Shown: positions 27,576-41,700 of the stretch, one piece after another | Position numbering within the stretch: position 1 is the first letter of the stretch | Layout of the letters: every line of letters begins with the position of its first letter | From: Trichoplax adhaerens | Lineage: Eukaryota > Animalia > Placozoa | Direction of reading: 5' to 3' | Assembly: GCF_000150275.1 (NCBI RefSeq) | Contig: NW_002060952.1 | Location: forward strand, 580,482-644,481 | DNA length: 64,000 nt | Program-made: the position numbers and the translations under genes | Notes under the pieces: model-generated | What the model saw: only the letters and a program-made list of their open reading frames with translations | Told to the model about the DNA's origin: nothing | Database searches by the model: none

Positions 27576-27942
27576 CTAATGTGTCCTCTATCTACTTGTA
27601 TAGTAGCATATGCTAGTTTTTTGCTATTCACCGAAACTCATTTAAAATTTCTATAATTGTAAATGTCGATATTGTACAGTGTCACGATAAATGTTTTAAA
27701 CATACGAGTATTTAGTAAAATTTCTATTGTCGACTTTATTTCATTTGACACCATATTGTTATATTTATTTCTTTTTTATACCGATACTGCTGTTTAATAT
27801 AGCAAGAAAATAAGAATCTCATTAGAGGCTACTCTTACGCATCTTAACGCAAATAAAATAACCGTATTTGCGGCTAGTAAAATGTTTCTACATGTAAAAT
27901 CGTACTCTGCGATAATAGTCTCACATAATGTTTATGGATAGG

Positions 27943-30900
27943 CTAGCCTGACCTTTCCTGACAATATTTAAGAATGCATGTGGCTATTACTCCGGTCCAA
28001 CCTGTTTGATGACTGATTAAAAATTAATAAAATTTTTTGTTAATCACTCAGAAAGGGTCAATTAGTGTTACATAAATAACTGTGAAATTTGTTGATTGTT
28101 TCGACTTATTTATTACCTTGCTCCACAACCTCGACCTGTGTCTCCATGAAAATATTCATAAAAGAGCACAAGATCCCTGAAATTTGGATCATGTTGGTAC
28201 AGTGAACTGTCTCCATGACACGGTCGTTTGGCAAATTCATCAGTTATGAACAGTTTGCACAAGCGCTTAGCAATTTGAAAGCTGGCATCTCTTAATGTCA
28301 TCTTGTTACCAGAATTTGTTGGAAATTCGATAGTGAATGAATCACCATAGTAATGATCGTATCGCTCAAGAGTTTCCATTATCAGGAAATTCACTGTAAG
28401 AAATACAATAATACAGTTTTTAACCTAGTATATCAACGAATTCATTTAAAGCAAAAGTTGATGTTTTCGTGCATTATGCAATAACATATATTCTCAGATT
28501 ATCAGTAAATATGCTCCCATGGTAATGATATGCTTCTTGTAATTTTACGAAAAGTGCAAGCATTTACCTTTTTACTGGCTATATTTTAATCTGTACTTTA
28601 CCAATCAGAATATAAAGCCTTAATAACTAAAATCTTAAATGCACATTCATGTAGACATACATGAAACAGCCTAATATACTAATTACAAATGATCGTATTG
28701 ACAGTTTACTGTAGATCTATTTAACTCATTCGTACGAGTAAAATACAATGGCACAGCAAAGTTCAAATTAAAGTAGTTCGAATTAGATTCATTAATTACC
28801 TTACATAGCGTATATTAAATCCGTTCAAAAATTTTTTTATGGCTCAATTCTACGATCAATACTAATGCTACCCGTATTTGTGGATAGGAGATACTTGTAA
28901 CAATTTGCAAGCTACAGTATTTTGTCATGTGTATTACACGACAGAAAAGCACTTTGTATAAATTGTAGGAACGGCAAAGTCCAATAATCACACTTTGATA
29001 CGTACTGTTTAACCAGATTGGACCGCGCCAGTTGCTATTGCCACCGAAAAGGTAAGTGTTGGATTCGCCTGGCACATACCTGACACAATTACTATTGCCG
29101 TAGTAATTGAAGACGAATGGGTGTTTTTCGTGGATCTAATTAATAAAATAAGTCGAATATCTATCAAATTTGATAAATTAATGTCTAAGTTCAATCCAGC
29201 TTTAAAGACATCTACGAGTCAATCATATGTAATGGCAGTCGCTTACTTTGGATAATGATCTAATACCATAAGGTGATAAAAACTCATTTTCATCAAATAC
29301 GTAGCGCAATACCCTACGCAGTTTATTTTCAGAAGGAATAGCTAATAGTCGATAAACTTCATGCGAATCGCTATTCATGTAAGCAATCTGTAATTTAAGC
29401 CAGGTTTAGCATTACTAAATTAGTGAGTAGCGACAGTTTGTTCCGAATCAATAATAATTATTGATAATTTTGTGGCAGTTACCTGAGACGCTAAATCTTG
29501 CCTATATTTTAAGAACCAGTCTAAGCGCTTTGAGAATCCTGGTAGTTTATTTAACATCTCACTGTTGAGGATTAAACAGCTAAAGAGTGGTACTAATCCT
29601 ACCATCGAACGAATCTTTAAGGGGACACTTTGACCATTTTCACAACGTATTCTATCGTAATAAAACCCATCAGTTTCGTCCCAAAGGCCTGACCCTCCCA
29701 TTGTATTAATAGCATCCACGATCGCAACAAAATGTTCAAAAAATTTCGAAGCCATATCTTCATAAGCGATATCAGTTTGCGCTAGCTCTAACGCAATATC
29801 CAGCATACAGACGGCATAAAAAGCCATCCAAGCAGTTCCATCTGCCTGATAAAATTTCGTATACATGCTACTTAGAATATATAGGTGTATGAAAAATTTT
29901 ATGAAGTATACGAAAGTATTATTACTTGTTCCAGATATCCTCCGGTGGGTAGAGGTTTTGATCTATCAAAAATTCCTATAATTTTAATATATTTAATTAG
30001 CTAATCAGTAAGGATATAATTTTTTTACAGTATATCAAAATTACGTGATGATAAAGAAAAGACGTCTTTGCGGAATACTGCTGTAATCACTAACCTATAT
30101 TATCTAAACCTAGAAATCCTCCAGAAAATATGTTTTGACCATTGGGATCTTTCCTATTAACCCACCTATATTACCGTATGTAATTATTTTTATTTACATA
30201 GGATCAGAATTTAATTGCTACTTTCTTCGTCAGGAAAGAATTGCAGGTTTACATTGGTATACTGATATACTAAAGATCATGATTAATTGAAAATTTTATA
30301 GCGATTACTGACAAAATAAATATTACCATGTGAAATTGATGACCAACTTTTGAAAGCATCGAGCTAAAAAGTGATGATCTCGATTACTTCTGCTACTAGC
30401 TAACTTAAATACCCGCCATACTGCCCAGGCATGAACTGGAGGATTGACATCATCGAATGCAAATTCATATGCAGGTATTTGACCATTTGGAGCCATATAC
30501 CATTCACGTAAAAAGAGCAATAGTTGATCTTTAGCAAAACATGGGTCAATTCTAGCGAGTGGTACCATATGAAAAGCTAAATCCCAAGAAGCATACTAAG
30601 ATATACAAAAATCGAAGACTTTCATTATTAACGAATACGTTAAATTTTTAACTTCATGCAGAAGTTAAAGAGTAATTTAAAATCGTACTATAGAGTATTT
30701 AATAATCCTTTACCCATGGATATTCCCATTTATCTGGCATAGATATTACATCACGATTAAATAAATGTTTCCACGAATTGTTACGACCTTGTAATCGCGA
30801 TGCAGGAGGGGGAGGATTGGCGGTATCTCCATGTAGCCAATCCTATTTCACAAATTTAAGTATTACGCTGGATATATTACGATGATCATGCAACTATTAT

Positions 30901-33900
30901 CAATAATTAAAAAAATAAGAATATTATTGTGAATGTAAAAATTGTTTAATAACAGCAGACCTACATCAATAACAATGTGATAAAATTGCTTACTCCAGAG
31001 TAAGCCAGCAAAGGCTTGTCGAGATATTAGTTTGTTTTCATAATTGAGATTTAACTGTATTGCATTATAAAATCTATCAGCTTCTAGAATTCTTTGAGTA
31101 AATATCTTCTCAAATTCAGGCCCAAATGGCTTTGCAGGGCTCTCTTTTTGTGAATGCAAGCGGCAGTATACAGTAACTTCCGATTCTAAATTATTTACAA
31201 AATCGAATAGTATCTTAATAATAAAGTGCCTACAAAAAGTTGTTATCGCTATCTGACGTTTCATAATAATTTAATGTAATAAATTAACCTGCGGCAACAT
31301 CTAATACATAATATGCAGCAATTTTTGTGCCTCTTTCTTTAGGACTAACTGCATCTTTGTCATTATTGATGATATATCGATGGAAGGCATCTTTAGTATA
31401 AGGTGTATAATTATCTACGTTATAAAGTCTTCTAGTATTGGTTTCGTTTTCTGTAAACAGCATCGTAGGGGAGCACCCATTAGAGCTTTCATCGGCTGTA
31501 AAAATAAAATCCTCCAAAGATTCATGCTTGCAAGTAACATGATTCGAACCTGTTATTACCATGAAATAAGGCTAAATTCAATCAAAGGCGTATCATTTTA
31601 ATTTGACACGTGTCGTAACTACTCAGTATGATACTGTAGCATAATTATGAGTAATTTAACTTAGAATAATCTTTGACGTATTTATCTAACCCATTTTTTT
31701 TATCTTTGGCTTTGCAGAGCAGCCTTCATGTTTGCAACCCCATATCCATGTATTTCTATACCATAGAGTTGGTAGTAAATGGATACGATTCGCTTTCTTA
31801 GCTCGGTTTGCTACTGTTATACGAATTAAGATATCGTTGGGTGACGCTTTTGCATATTCGGCAAAGACATCCCAATAGGCAGAATCGTCAAAAACTTTAG
31901 TATCTTCTAACTCGTATTCTGGTTCCATAATTGACGATTCCCGATTAACTCTTTCCAGTTCGGCGTAAGGATATTCTTGATACGACGGAGAAGATATAAA
32001 ATAGTTGACATCATCGTTTAATATTTATGATACTGATAAATGTTGGGGAAAACTTTCATTGCATTACTCTCTGTGCTATACTATTTGTGTAACAAAAAGA
32101 GGGCATCTGGTAGCTTTATGGATATCACGCAATAAGGATCTCTGCTCATTTCATGCGATTGATTTACCTATATATCGCCCAACTACGATATACCATTGTA
32201 TACTACATAAGTCTATGGTACGCGAGTAATTGTCTCTTGTTAATCCTATCGAAAGGGTTGTTATGTTGCGTGATATATTAACCTATACTATAAATCGATC
32301 TACTGTGCTAATACGCCATACACTATAGTTCTATCATATCGCTAAGTAGCCGACTTATACATGACATGTGCGTATACAGTATATACAATTTATATAACGC
32401 TTTTATATGCAATAGCTTTGATTCTTAGTTAATGGTCGATGCTACGACCATGGTTGAACATTTTACTTATTGATGCTAACCTACATCATCAGTACACAGA
32501 TTATAATTAACATTCCCGTTAAGCTGTACAGTATATTCTCGCATATGTGTTGAATTTATAAAATAAGGTATGGAGGCATAGAAGTTCTAGCGATAATGCA
32601 AAGCCTAAATTTTTCCTCATATTGTACAAGATTGAAGTAAAAAAAATATATCAGCAGAATCCCTGAAGAATGCTGCATAACTACAGTATACTAAAGTGTA
32701 ATTTGGATCGCAAATAATTGCCACAATGTACTGTATTTACTTATACCTGATTGAGGATACTTGTATAAACCTTTCATATAGGAATGGGTTGGTGTCGAAT
32801 CTAGGTAATAGTATAATTCCTTAACGTCTTCACCATGGTTGCCTTGTGATCCTGTTAAACCAAATAACCTCTCTTTCAAAATAGCATCTTTTTCGTTCCA
32901 TAATCCAAGCGAGAAGCATAGTCTGCATTGCCTGTCACATATCCCTAATATGCCATCTTCCCCCCACCGGTAAGCACGCGATCTTGCATGGTCATGTGGA
33001 AAATATTCCCAGCTTCAAATAAAATCAATTTTAAAAGGTGATTAATATCGATTGCATAAAGATATTTCAATAGAATGAATGTCAATGTTGTTGTCGACTA
33101 TGGCAGTTACTGTGTTACGCAGTTGGTTGCACTTATCAAATTATGCGCAGCATAGTGTTATGTGTATGATCACGACTTGTTACGCGTATGACTTTACTTA
33201 TGGAAAGGCAACCCAGAATAAAGTGAATTGTGCGTTTAAGGCTGCTTTGATGTGTGTAACCTTGTCTAGCGTGACCTAGTGTCGCGATATAATACGTGCT
33301 GTAACGCATGGCATACAGTATCAATATTGAATAAGAGTTGCACCTTGGTGGGCGAAACATTATTATAAAGTTAAGCTGTTAGATAAACACAACCAAGTGG
33401 TTTGTTATAAGTGTACAATCATCGTGCAGTATAGTATCACATTGATATTTCAATAACTTCATGGTAGTTATTATTGAAATAAGAGTTGCACCTTGGTGGG
33501 CGAAACATTATTATCCAAGTTAAGCTGTTAGATAAACACAGCCAAGTGGTTTGTTATAACTGTACAATCATTGTAGAGTATAGTATCACATTATCAATAA
33601 CTTCATGGAAGTTATAACAGTTTAGTTGTATTGTAAATAATGAAACCAACTGATGTAAGATATATTAGACACAAGTAGTGTATGAGAGTAAATACAGCAT
33701 ACGCTAAGATGTTTTCAGTACTATATAATTAATCAAAGATAGGTGTATTACTGTCTCACCAATTGCCATCATCAGAGTAATCTTCTCTCACGGTAGCCCA
33801 TTGGCGCTCAGATAAGTATGGTCCCCATCGCTTCCAATTTGCAGTTCTGGCTTCATCCTCATGTAGCCTCTTAGTCTCTGCATTTTCAGATTCCAAGATA

Positions 33901-36115
33901 TGTACTTTCTGAATTTTCTCTCTATAAGAATTGATATGCAAGTCAGTCAAAATGTGTGTAATAAGAAAGAAATGGGTCATTCTTAATGGACAAATTACAC
34001 TATCTTATGCAAGTAAGTGCTGTATTAATAAAATAACAATTGCTGGTGTTGTTGATCCTTATACGTGCAGTAGGGGTAAACGCTAAAAATTTTAGTATTG
34101 ATACTACTTAGTTAAATTGTTCATCACGTTGCTTTTGCTAAATTTTACAAGTTTACTTATAAAGCTGTAGTACAGAATTTGTTGGAAAGATTGAATATTT
34201 ATATGCTGTATCAGACTATGCATGCGTTAACTCAGATAGTTTACGAACTTGCGAAAAGAAGTTTTTATTTTTTATGATGATTCACATATGAAACCCTAAA
34301 TCAATTGGAGCCGCAACCGAACGGTGAACAGGCGTCAATTAGGGCCATTAATATCGTTGTCCAATTAGCAGTCCTCGTCATGCAATATCTTATTAATAAT
34401 AAATCGATGCACTTGGCGCTTGATTTATTTTGTCTAGTAATTAGTTAGTATTCTGTGAAGGTAACGAAAATACTGCAGAAGCTCAATTGATGAGATGAAT
34501 TTCCGCCTATGCTTGACAATTCAATAAATGAGAAATTACTAAAAATGGCACTAAAAGTTGGCCTCCTATCATCTACTCGCGTATATACTTTATTTTATCA
34601 CCTATGCCTTGACTAAATTTACATCATGTTTGAAACTGATGCAACATTTCATAGTTTCAGAAAGGTGGTGTGCAGGATCGTAGCTACATTTCCTAGAGCA
34701 AGTCCTGCCAGATGGTAATTTGTTGTCATGGAAGCAGATCCTATTTAGTACAGTAGTCCGTGATTGCGTGCTAGTTTTGGTAATATCATTATCATTTTAA
34801 GGTAATGAAAAGCATCATTCATTCTATCAGTGGGTACGAGCTGTGAAGAAAGTTTGTCTTGCAACTAACCGAGTACTAGCAGTCGTTGGCAAAAGCGATC
34901 GATACACTGGCGACATAGACAACGATATTTTGGTATGATGCAAGTAGCTGGGTCAGTAACTGAGTGGATCGACGAGTACAGTGTACGCGTATGCTACTAC
35001 CACTGCGTATTTACTTGGTTTGTCAATCAACGTAGTAAAAAGGGTATTACAGTATAACGGTTCTATTGAACAGCCTTAGAATAATCGTATGGTAGATGAG
35101 AGAGTATAAAACAAGTTGTATTTCAAATCAGCTCATGAACAATCATGTTTGGAGTATATTTCTTTGTACGTTTGTAAAGTGGAAATATTATTTCAGCATG
35201 ATACATGATTCTGTTGATACAGGTCATTGCATTAATGCAGTATTTAGTGTTTTCCAGCTGGCGATCTAAATGGGGTCGTGTTGACTTCAAAGCCTCATTT
35301 TATGGGTTTGATTGTAGTCTAATCCTGTCTATCAAACTTTGCAATTATGCACTACTGTATGTTTAAAGTGAGAATTTAATTTTGCCTTGAGTTGTTGTAC
35401 ATACTAGTACAAACTCCCGTCGCTATACAGTACTGACTGATTAAGTTGTTGTAATATTGCAAACGCTCGTCGCTTTGCTGACGGATTATGTTCTTCTAAT
35501 ATTATACTTCTAGAATATTATTTTACAATAATACTTCAAAGTTGACTTGGCTTTGCATCGCTATGCTGACGGATTACGTTGTTCTAATATTACCAACTCC
35601 AAAATTGCTGTGTCATGGACGCGAACAGTATAGGCGTCTGTGTCTCCATTTCTGCCTTGGTCAATGACTATTATTTCAGTAAGGGTAACGCAATGGCTCT
35701 TTGTACTTCGATTGCTAAACATGTTGTATCATCCTGTCGATTAAGACATTTGCAAGAATTCATTTGAACGCTTGCAGTCCATATGCCTATGTTACAGTAA
35801 TGTCAAGTAATTTCTTGACTTTATACACCATTAAGGTAAAACAGCATGCTGCAATGACTTCCATTGGATGATCATTTCAACAAGATTCAACAGGCTATCA
35901 TCAGCTCATTCAAGACTGTAGCGTCATTTCTAGGCGTAAACAACTGTTATAAGAGCAACATCCAACATTGAATCATAATTGCAAGTGATAGCAGAGTAAT
36001 AAATGATTGTACAGAATTATACCATGAACAGTGGATTCAAGGTTAACCGATTGATTCATGCAATGATCAAATCTATCCATACTCGACAAGCTAGTTTGAG
36101 GTACCTCTTTGCCAT
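27943..36115 (-). CDS. Glycoside hydrolase family 63-like protein (YMR196W / MGH1-like putative glucosidase), multi-exon
   Basis: Motifs [107 protein letters not shown]. Predicted 11-nt first coding exon 36115-36105 (ACCGCCATGGCAAAGAG|GT, strong Kozak) is in phase with the exon at ~33921; stop 27945-27943. Confidence 0.88.
33326..33614. repeat. Tandem duplication of ~147 bp in a GH63 intron
   Basis: Two near-identical copies beginning AATAAGAGTTGCACCTTGGTGGGCGAAACATTATTAT. Confidence 0.9.
35466..35592. repeat. Short direct duplication (~35 bp core)
   Basis: TCGCTTTGCTGACGGATTATGTTCTTCTAATATTA recurs as TCGCTATGCTGACGGATTACGTTGTTCTAATATTA. Confidence 0.7.
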
Positions 36116-36354
36116 GGCGGTCAAATTTCTTTCTTCAAAGCGTCGTTAATACAAGGTTTGCAGTTTGCAGTTTCTCTTCCCCAGCGCTATAGGAGTACAG
36201 TATGGAAAAGCTCGACAGCTCAGTAATCCACTGTTAGTGATTGGCTGACGATAGCGATATCGAGCAAGATAACGTTTGTCACTGGATGAGGTTGACGTTG
36301 CAACTGAAGCTACTTTTCAGCTCGATCTTGGTGGATGACTCAACAAAATTGACT

Positions 36355-37145
36355 TGCACAAGTGTGTACTGTTTACAGTACACAGTACAATGCACCGTAG
36401 AGTGTTGACATCAAGTTTACTGTACTGTACAGTACACAAGTGTGTGCTATTTACAATACACAGTACAATGCACCGTAGCGTGTTGACATAAAGTGTAGCT
36501 GTACAGTACGATTGGATATTTGGAGATATTCTTGTATCAGCCTCCCAATAACCTACAGTAGACGAGTTTTGATACTATACTGTACACGGTACTGTACTAA
36601 CATACCGTACAACATCATAAATAAATAAATAAATAAATATGGAAGGATAGATCATATATATTACTACATATCAGGAGAAAAGGATACTGTATAAAAAAGG
36701 AAGCATTTCTTTTCAATTTCCGTTACCGACTGTGGTTTGCTATTGTTCTTGAATCTTGCATCTTTTGTCTATTCAGCGAACCTTGAGGAAGCCTGACTCG
36801 AATTCAAACGAAGTTCAGCATACAGTACAGCATGTTTACATTGGCTTTAGAATATAAGAATTCTATTTAAATGCTATGATCAATATCAAAACTGTATCGA
36901 TTTTATACCAGCATGTATTCATCTACCAGCACATATAATATTTAAGCCATTTTAATTGCAATGAAGGAAGTGGATTTTTTACATCGAAATTCGAAAAGGA
37001 AGTTCAACATGTAGAGTACAGTACAGTACCGTAGGCCAAGGGGAAATAGTCTACTGTACACAGTCAGAATCGTTTTATTGTGCATGCAGTAGTGTACTCT
37101 ACTAATGTACTGTATGTCAAATTGTCATTACTGTACTGTAGATAG
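36355..37145. repeat. TACAG/TACTG-rich promoter region, including an ~78-bp direct duplication (36357-36510)
   Basis: CACAAGTGTGT..TTTACA.TACACAGTACAATGCACCGTAG.GTGTTGACAT twice; dense TACAGTA/TACTGTA/TACCGTA upstream of the GH63 start. Confidence 0.75.
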
Positions 37146-37344
37146 TAAAAACTCATTCAACGAATTTTATGTAAAAAGTATACACTATCTAGAGAAATGA
37201 CAACTACATCGGCATTCCTGAGTGATTAGGCTACACTACTACAGAATTGACCTAATTTAGGCTTGATTTAACTTACACAATTTTATTTTTTCTACCCTAA
37301 TTGAAATGAATCAGACGGTGTACATTAAGAGAATCGTATCGTTA

Positions 37345-38283
37345 TTCATCTTATCCATGATCACTTTTTGAGTGCACTGTACAAGCTGTAGCCGTGATCC
37401 AAATCTATTCTTCATGGACAGCTTTCATTCAGATACAAGCCGACATCTGATCAAATCCCTTGACTAATCTTATCCCTTTTTTAGAGCGCAGTATAAGCTG
37501 TAGCCGCGATCCAACTCTAGTCTTCATGGACAATTTTCATTCAGATACAAGCCGATATCTGATCAAGTCCCCTGACTAATCTTATCCCTTATCACTTTTA
37601 GAGTGCACTGTACAAGTTGTAGCCGTGATCCAAATCTATTCTTCATGGACAGCTTTCAATCAGATACAGTACAAGCCGATATCTGATCAAGTCCCCTGAC
37701 GAATCTTATCCCTTATCACTTTTAGAGTGCACTGTACAAGCTGTAGCCGCGATCCAACTCTAGTCTTCATGGACAATTTTCATTCAGATACAAGCCGATA
37801 TCTGATCAAGTCCCCTGACGAATCTTATCCCTTATCACTTTTAGAGTGCACTGTACAAGTTGTAGCCGTGATCCAAATCTATTCTTCATGGACAGCTTTC
37901 ATTCAGATACAAGTCGATATCTGATCAAGTCCACTGACTAATCTTATCCCTTATCGCTTTTTTAGAGCACAGTACGGTATAAGCTGTAGCCGCGATCCAA
38001 CTCTAGTCTTCATGGACAACTTTTGGTTCAGATACAAGCCGCTATCTGATCAAGTCCCCTGACTAATCTTATCCCTTATCGCTTTTTTAGAGCACAGTAC
38101 TGTATAAGCTGTAGCCGCGATCCGACTCTAGTCTTCATGGACAATTTTTATTCAGATACAAGCCGATATCTGATCAAGTCCCCTGACTAATCTTATCCCT
38201 TTTTTAGAGCGCAGTATAAGCTGTAGCCGCGATCCAACTCTAGTCTTCATGGACAATTTTTATTCAGATACAAGCCGATATCT
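37345..38283. repeat. Satellite-like tandem array, 8 units of ~112-125 bp in two variants ordered A-B-A-B-A-B-B-B
   Basis: A = GCCGTGATCCAAATCTATTCTTCATGGACAGC (37391, 37622, 37865); B = GCCGCGATCCAACTCTAGTCTTCATGGACAA (37503, 37746, 37989, 38114, 38226). Confidence 0.95.
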
Positions 38284-38713
38284 GTCTATAACAGTATTAC
38301 AGTATTAACAGTAACAGGGTGATAACATGTTTTTGAGATGTATAGTATGTTATAACATACTATACTATACTCTGTTTATACAGTATAACAACCAGCATGT
38401 GGTCATGGATTCCCAACATCTCAAGGTAACTTTGTACTGTCATGTGACGGATGCAAAACCTTAGTCTATGGTACTCTACTGGATAGTATTTTACAGTAAG
38501 CGACTAGGAGGAAACTACAGTACGCTACTGCAAACTGAAGTTAGCCACTCAAAACAAACTGAGATGCAAAATCAAGTGTAGCCTACTGCGAGATTAACAG
38601 CAACCTTGTATCAATCAAACATCGCTCGGATTTTCGTTTTTCTTCGAAGATCTTGCATTTGGTAGAAGCTGCAGTACGATTTGAATGATACGAGCATACA
38701 AGTGTCATTGACA

Positions 38714-41700
38714 ATGGCAACACTTCGCCTTCTTGTTCGACATGCTAAACAAGTTGTTATGGTATGCAATAAGGGACAGCTAGCATTGCCAGGTGCTGCA
38801 ATGAACCAACTAGCTGTATTAACCAAGAGCGATCAATCTTCTTCAACTGGCTATTCCATAGTTGTTGATAATTGTGGAACGATTGATGCTATTGGACCTG
38901 ATGAAGAAATTGACAAAGAATTCTCGCCAAAAGACTTTACAAACATTATTGATGCGACGGATATGTGCGTCTTGCCAGGTCTGTAAGTAGACGCTCTTGC
39001 TGTTGCACATTGATACATATTTTATTCGTGATACTTTTGCCAAGGTTTCAAACTACAGAACACAAGGAGAAGTGTACAACTGTCTACGTACTGTAATCAT
39101 CTGCTGTAGTTTACTACAACTTGTATCGACTACACACGAAAGCTTAGATATAATCGCCACGTTTACAGCGTCCTAGCTCAACATCTAATACGATGATGAT
39201 AAATGATCAAGACTGATGATTGAGTCACAGGTCCATACTACTTTATTCTCCTGTCACAATCATGATACCGTGTGTACACTACAGTTTAAAATAGTAGCTG
39301 TTGTGCTGTAGTGATTAATGTACATTTGCAGGTTGAATAATGATGTTTGCTACCGATCTACTGGTATTTAATTAACTTACACACAGAGCGCTATTCGTGA
39401 ATACTATAATCTTTATTCGCAGTAGACATATTCGTACTGCAGTTTGGATAAAGTAGTCCCTGAATCATTTATGATGTAGAGAATAATTCATTACTCATCA
39501 CAACAGCAATAGCTGTATTTTATTTCCGATACTTTTGTATTTGTAGGTTTGGTAGACGGCCATACGCATCCAGTCTGGGCTGGTGATCGTGTCCACGAAT
39601 TTAAGATGAAGGTCTGTGTACTAAAATTGTAATATGACCATGCACTTATTGGATAAAAATCATCCATATGTAATATGCGGATATGTATACGTATCTTCGA
39701 AGATTTATATGTAAATACGAGTGTCTGCATTAAACTGAATGGACAGAATTGGATCTCAGAAACTATCAAACAGCAACATGTCAGAATTTACACTTTATCA
39801 CTACCAACAATCAGATTAATTGCAGTATGCCATAATGCAGTAGAGCATAACAACTAATGCATCCTTGAAGTGTAACATTCGTTTATAATTTATTCCTTCA
39901 TGATAGGGCTTGAACTACTGTTCAAGATACTGTACTCACGTGTGCATTAGCGTACTATACGTATTTCGATACTTGTACAAAAACTACTATATTTTTTTAT
40001 TTATCATTTTATATACGTTAATAATATGTAAAGTATTTCACTCACTCAAGTGTATATGATATAAGCTTGCATGTCCTATTGTCTAACATAAGCGATCAAG
40101 TATTTCACGGCTATATTGAATTCAGTACTAGATAATGATCGCTACGCACCAGATTGTCATCAATTTGTGCTACAATTAGTTCTACTCATGATCTAGAGCT
40201 ACAATCACAAGAATTAATTTACCTACTATTATATTGAATAGCATCAAGTCCTCTTTTGATGTCTAAATGATACTAATTTAAGGGGTATCTCCTTGCATGT
40301 TCATTCACAGTTAAGAGGAGCTAGCTACATGGAAGTTCATGCTAGTGGAGGTGGAATCAATTTTACTGTTCGACATACACGCCAAGCTTCAGAGGATGAT
40401 CTGTACAACTCTTTTCAAAAGCGGGCTTCTAATATGATGAAAAATGGAACTACATTATTCGAAGCTAAAAGTGGATATGGCTTGGATGTTGACACGGAAA
40501 TAAAGATGTTGCGTGTTATTAAACGAGGGATTGATAACTTTCCCATCGATATTTCAGCTACTTACTGTGGAGCCCATTCAGTGCCAGAGTAAGCGGTTAT
40601 ATTTCCCATTAAGACTTCTTATGCCCTAAATTTTACTCACATTCTATAATGCGTACAATATCTTAATACTTGACAAGTGACATTACAGTATCACTACGGG
40701 ATTTGAAGAATGACGTAGTTTATCGATTGGCCTATTCTAGATTTACGAATTAGCCGATATTGAAACGATCGTCATATCAGTCTAGTAACTTATAAATAAA
40801 TACGTTTTACCAAGCTCTTTCCAGTAATCTCAACTCTTAGGGCTATTTAGTAAAGGTTAAACGCAGCAAAACAATTGATATCTATACTAACATAGAATAC
40901 GCGTTTACAATTATATAAAGTTATTTGATTTCAAATAAATGTAATGTGATCACGAATTAATTGTTATACGTATATTGTAGTTATGAATGTATAATTCAAG
41001 TTTCTGTCATATGATTTGATTACAGTTCACTAAAAAATTTGCCTTTTGTAAATACCCTTAATAAAGGAATTTGACGATGGAGGAAGCTACTGATGATATC
41101 ATAAATAATCAAATTCCTGCTATTAAAGAGCTTATAGATCAAGGTAGCTTGCAAGTTGATAATATCGATGTGTTCTGCGAAAAGGGAGTATTCGACGTAC
41201 CAAGCACCTCTAAAATATTAAAGGCTGGAAAAGAGACAGGGCTAGCATTAAATTTTCATGGAGAAGAATTGCATCCTTTGCAATCTGCTGAGGTAATATT
41301 GCATATTGAGAATACACTTGTTCTTAAGTCCTAAACCTAGTTCTTTACTATTACAGATGGGAGCTAAGCTAGGTGCGAGGGCAATTAGCCACTTAGAAAT
41401 GGTTAGTGATGAAGGAATTAAAGCTATGGCTAGCAGTGGGACAGTTGCAGTACTACTTCCAACGACTGCCTACATTTTAAAATTATCTCCGCCACCTGCA
41501 CGAAAAATGATCGATAACGGTATCACACGAACTACTTTATGCGTATATTTGATATAATTAATTATTAGTGTAGTCAGTTATGTTAGTATATCATGTACCG
41601 TAGTAAGGTAGTACTTATATTATGTTCAGGTGTTGCTGTTGCACTTGGGTCCGATTTTAATCCAAATGCATATTGCTTGTCCATGGTAAGTCATTTTTGA

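Noticed and set aside
27943-36115. Bacterial contamination or recent horizontal transfer of the GH63 gene
   Set aside because: Numerous canonical introns, host-like composition and animal flanking genes.
37345-38283. CRISPR-like array
   Set aside because: Units repeat over their full length with no unique spacers, the context is eukaryotic, and no cas genes are present.
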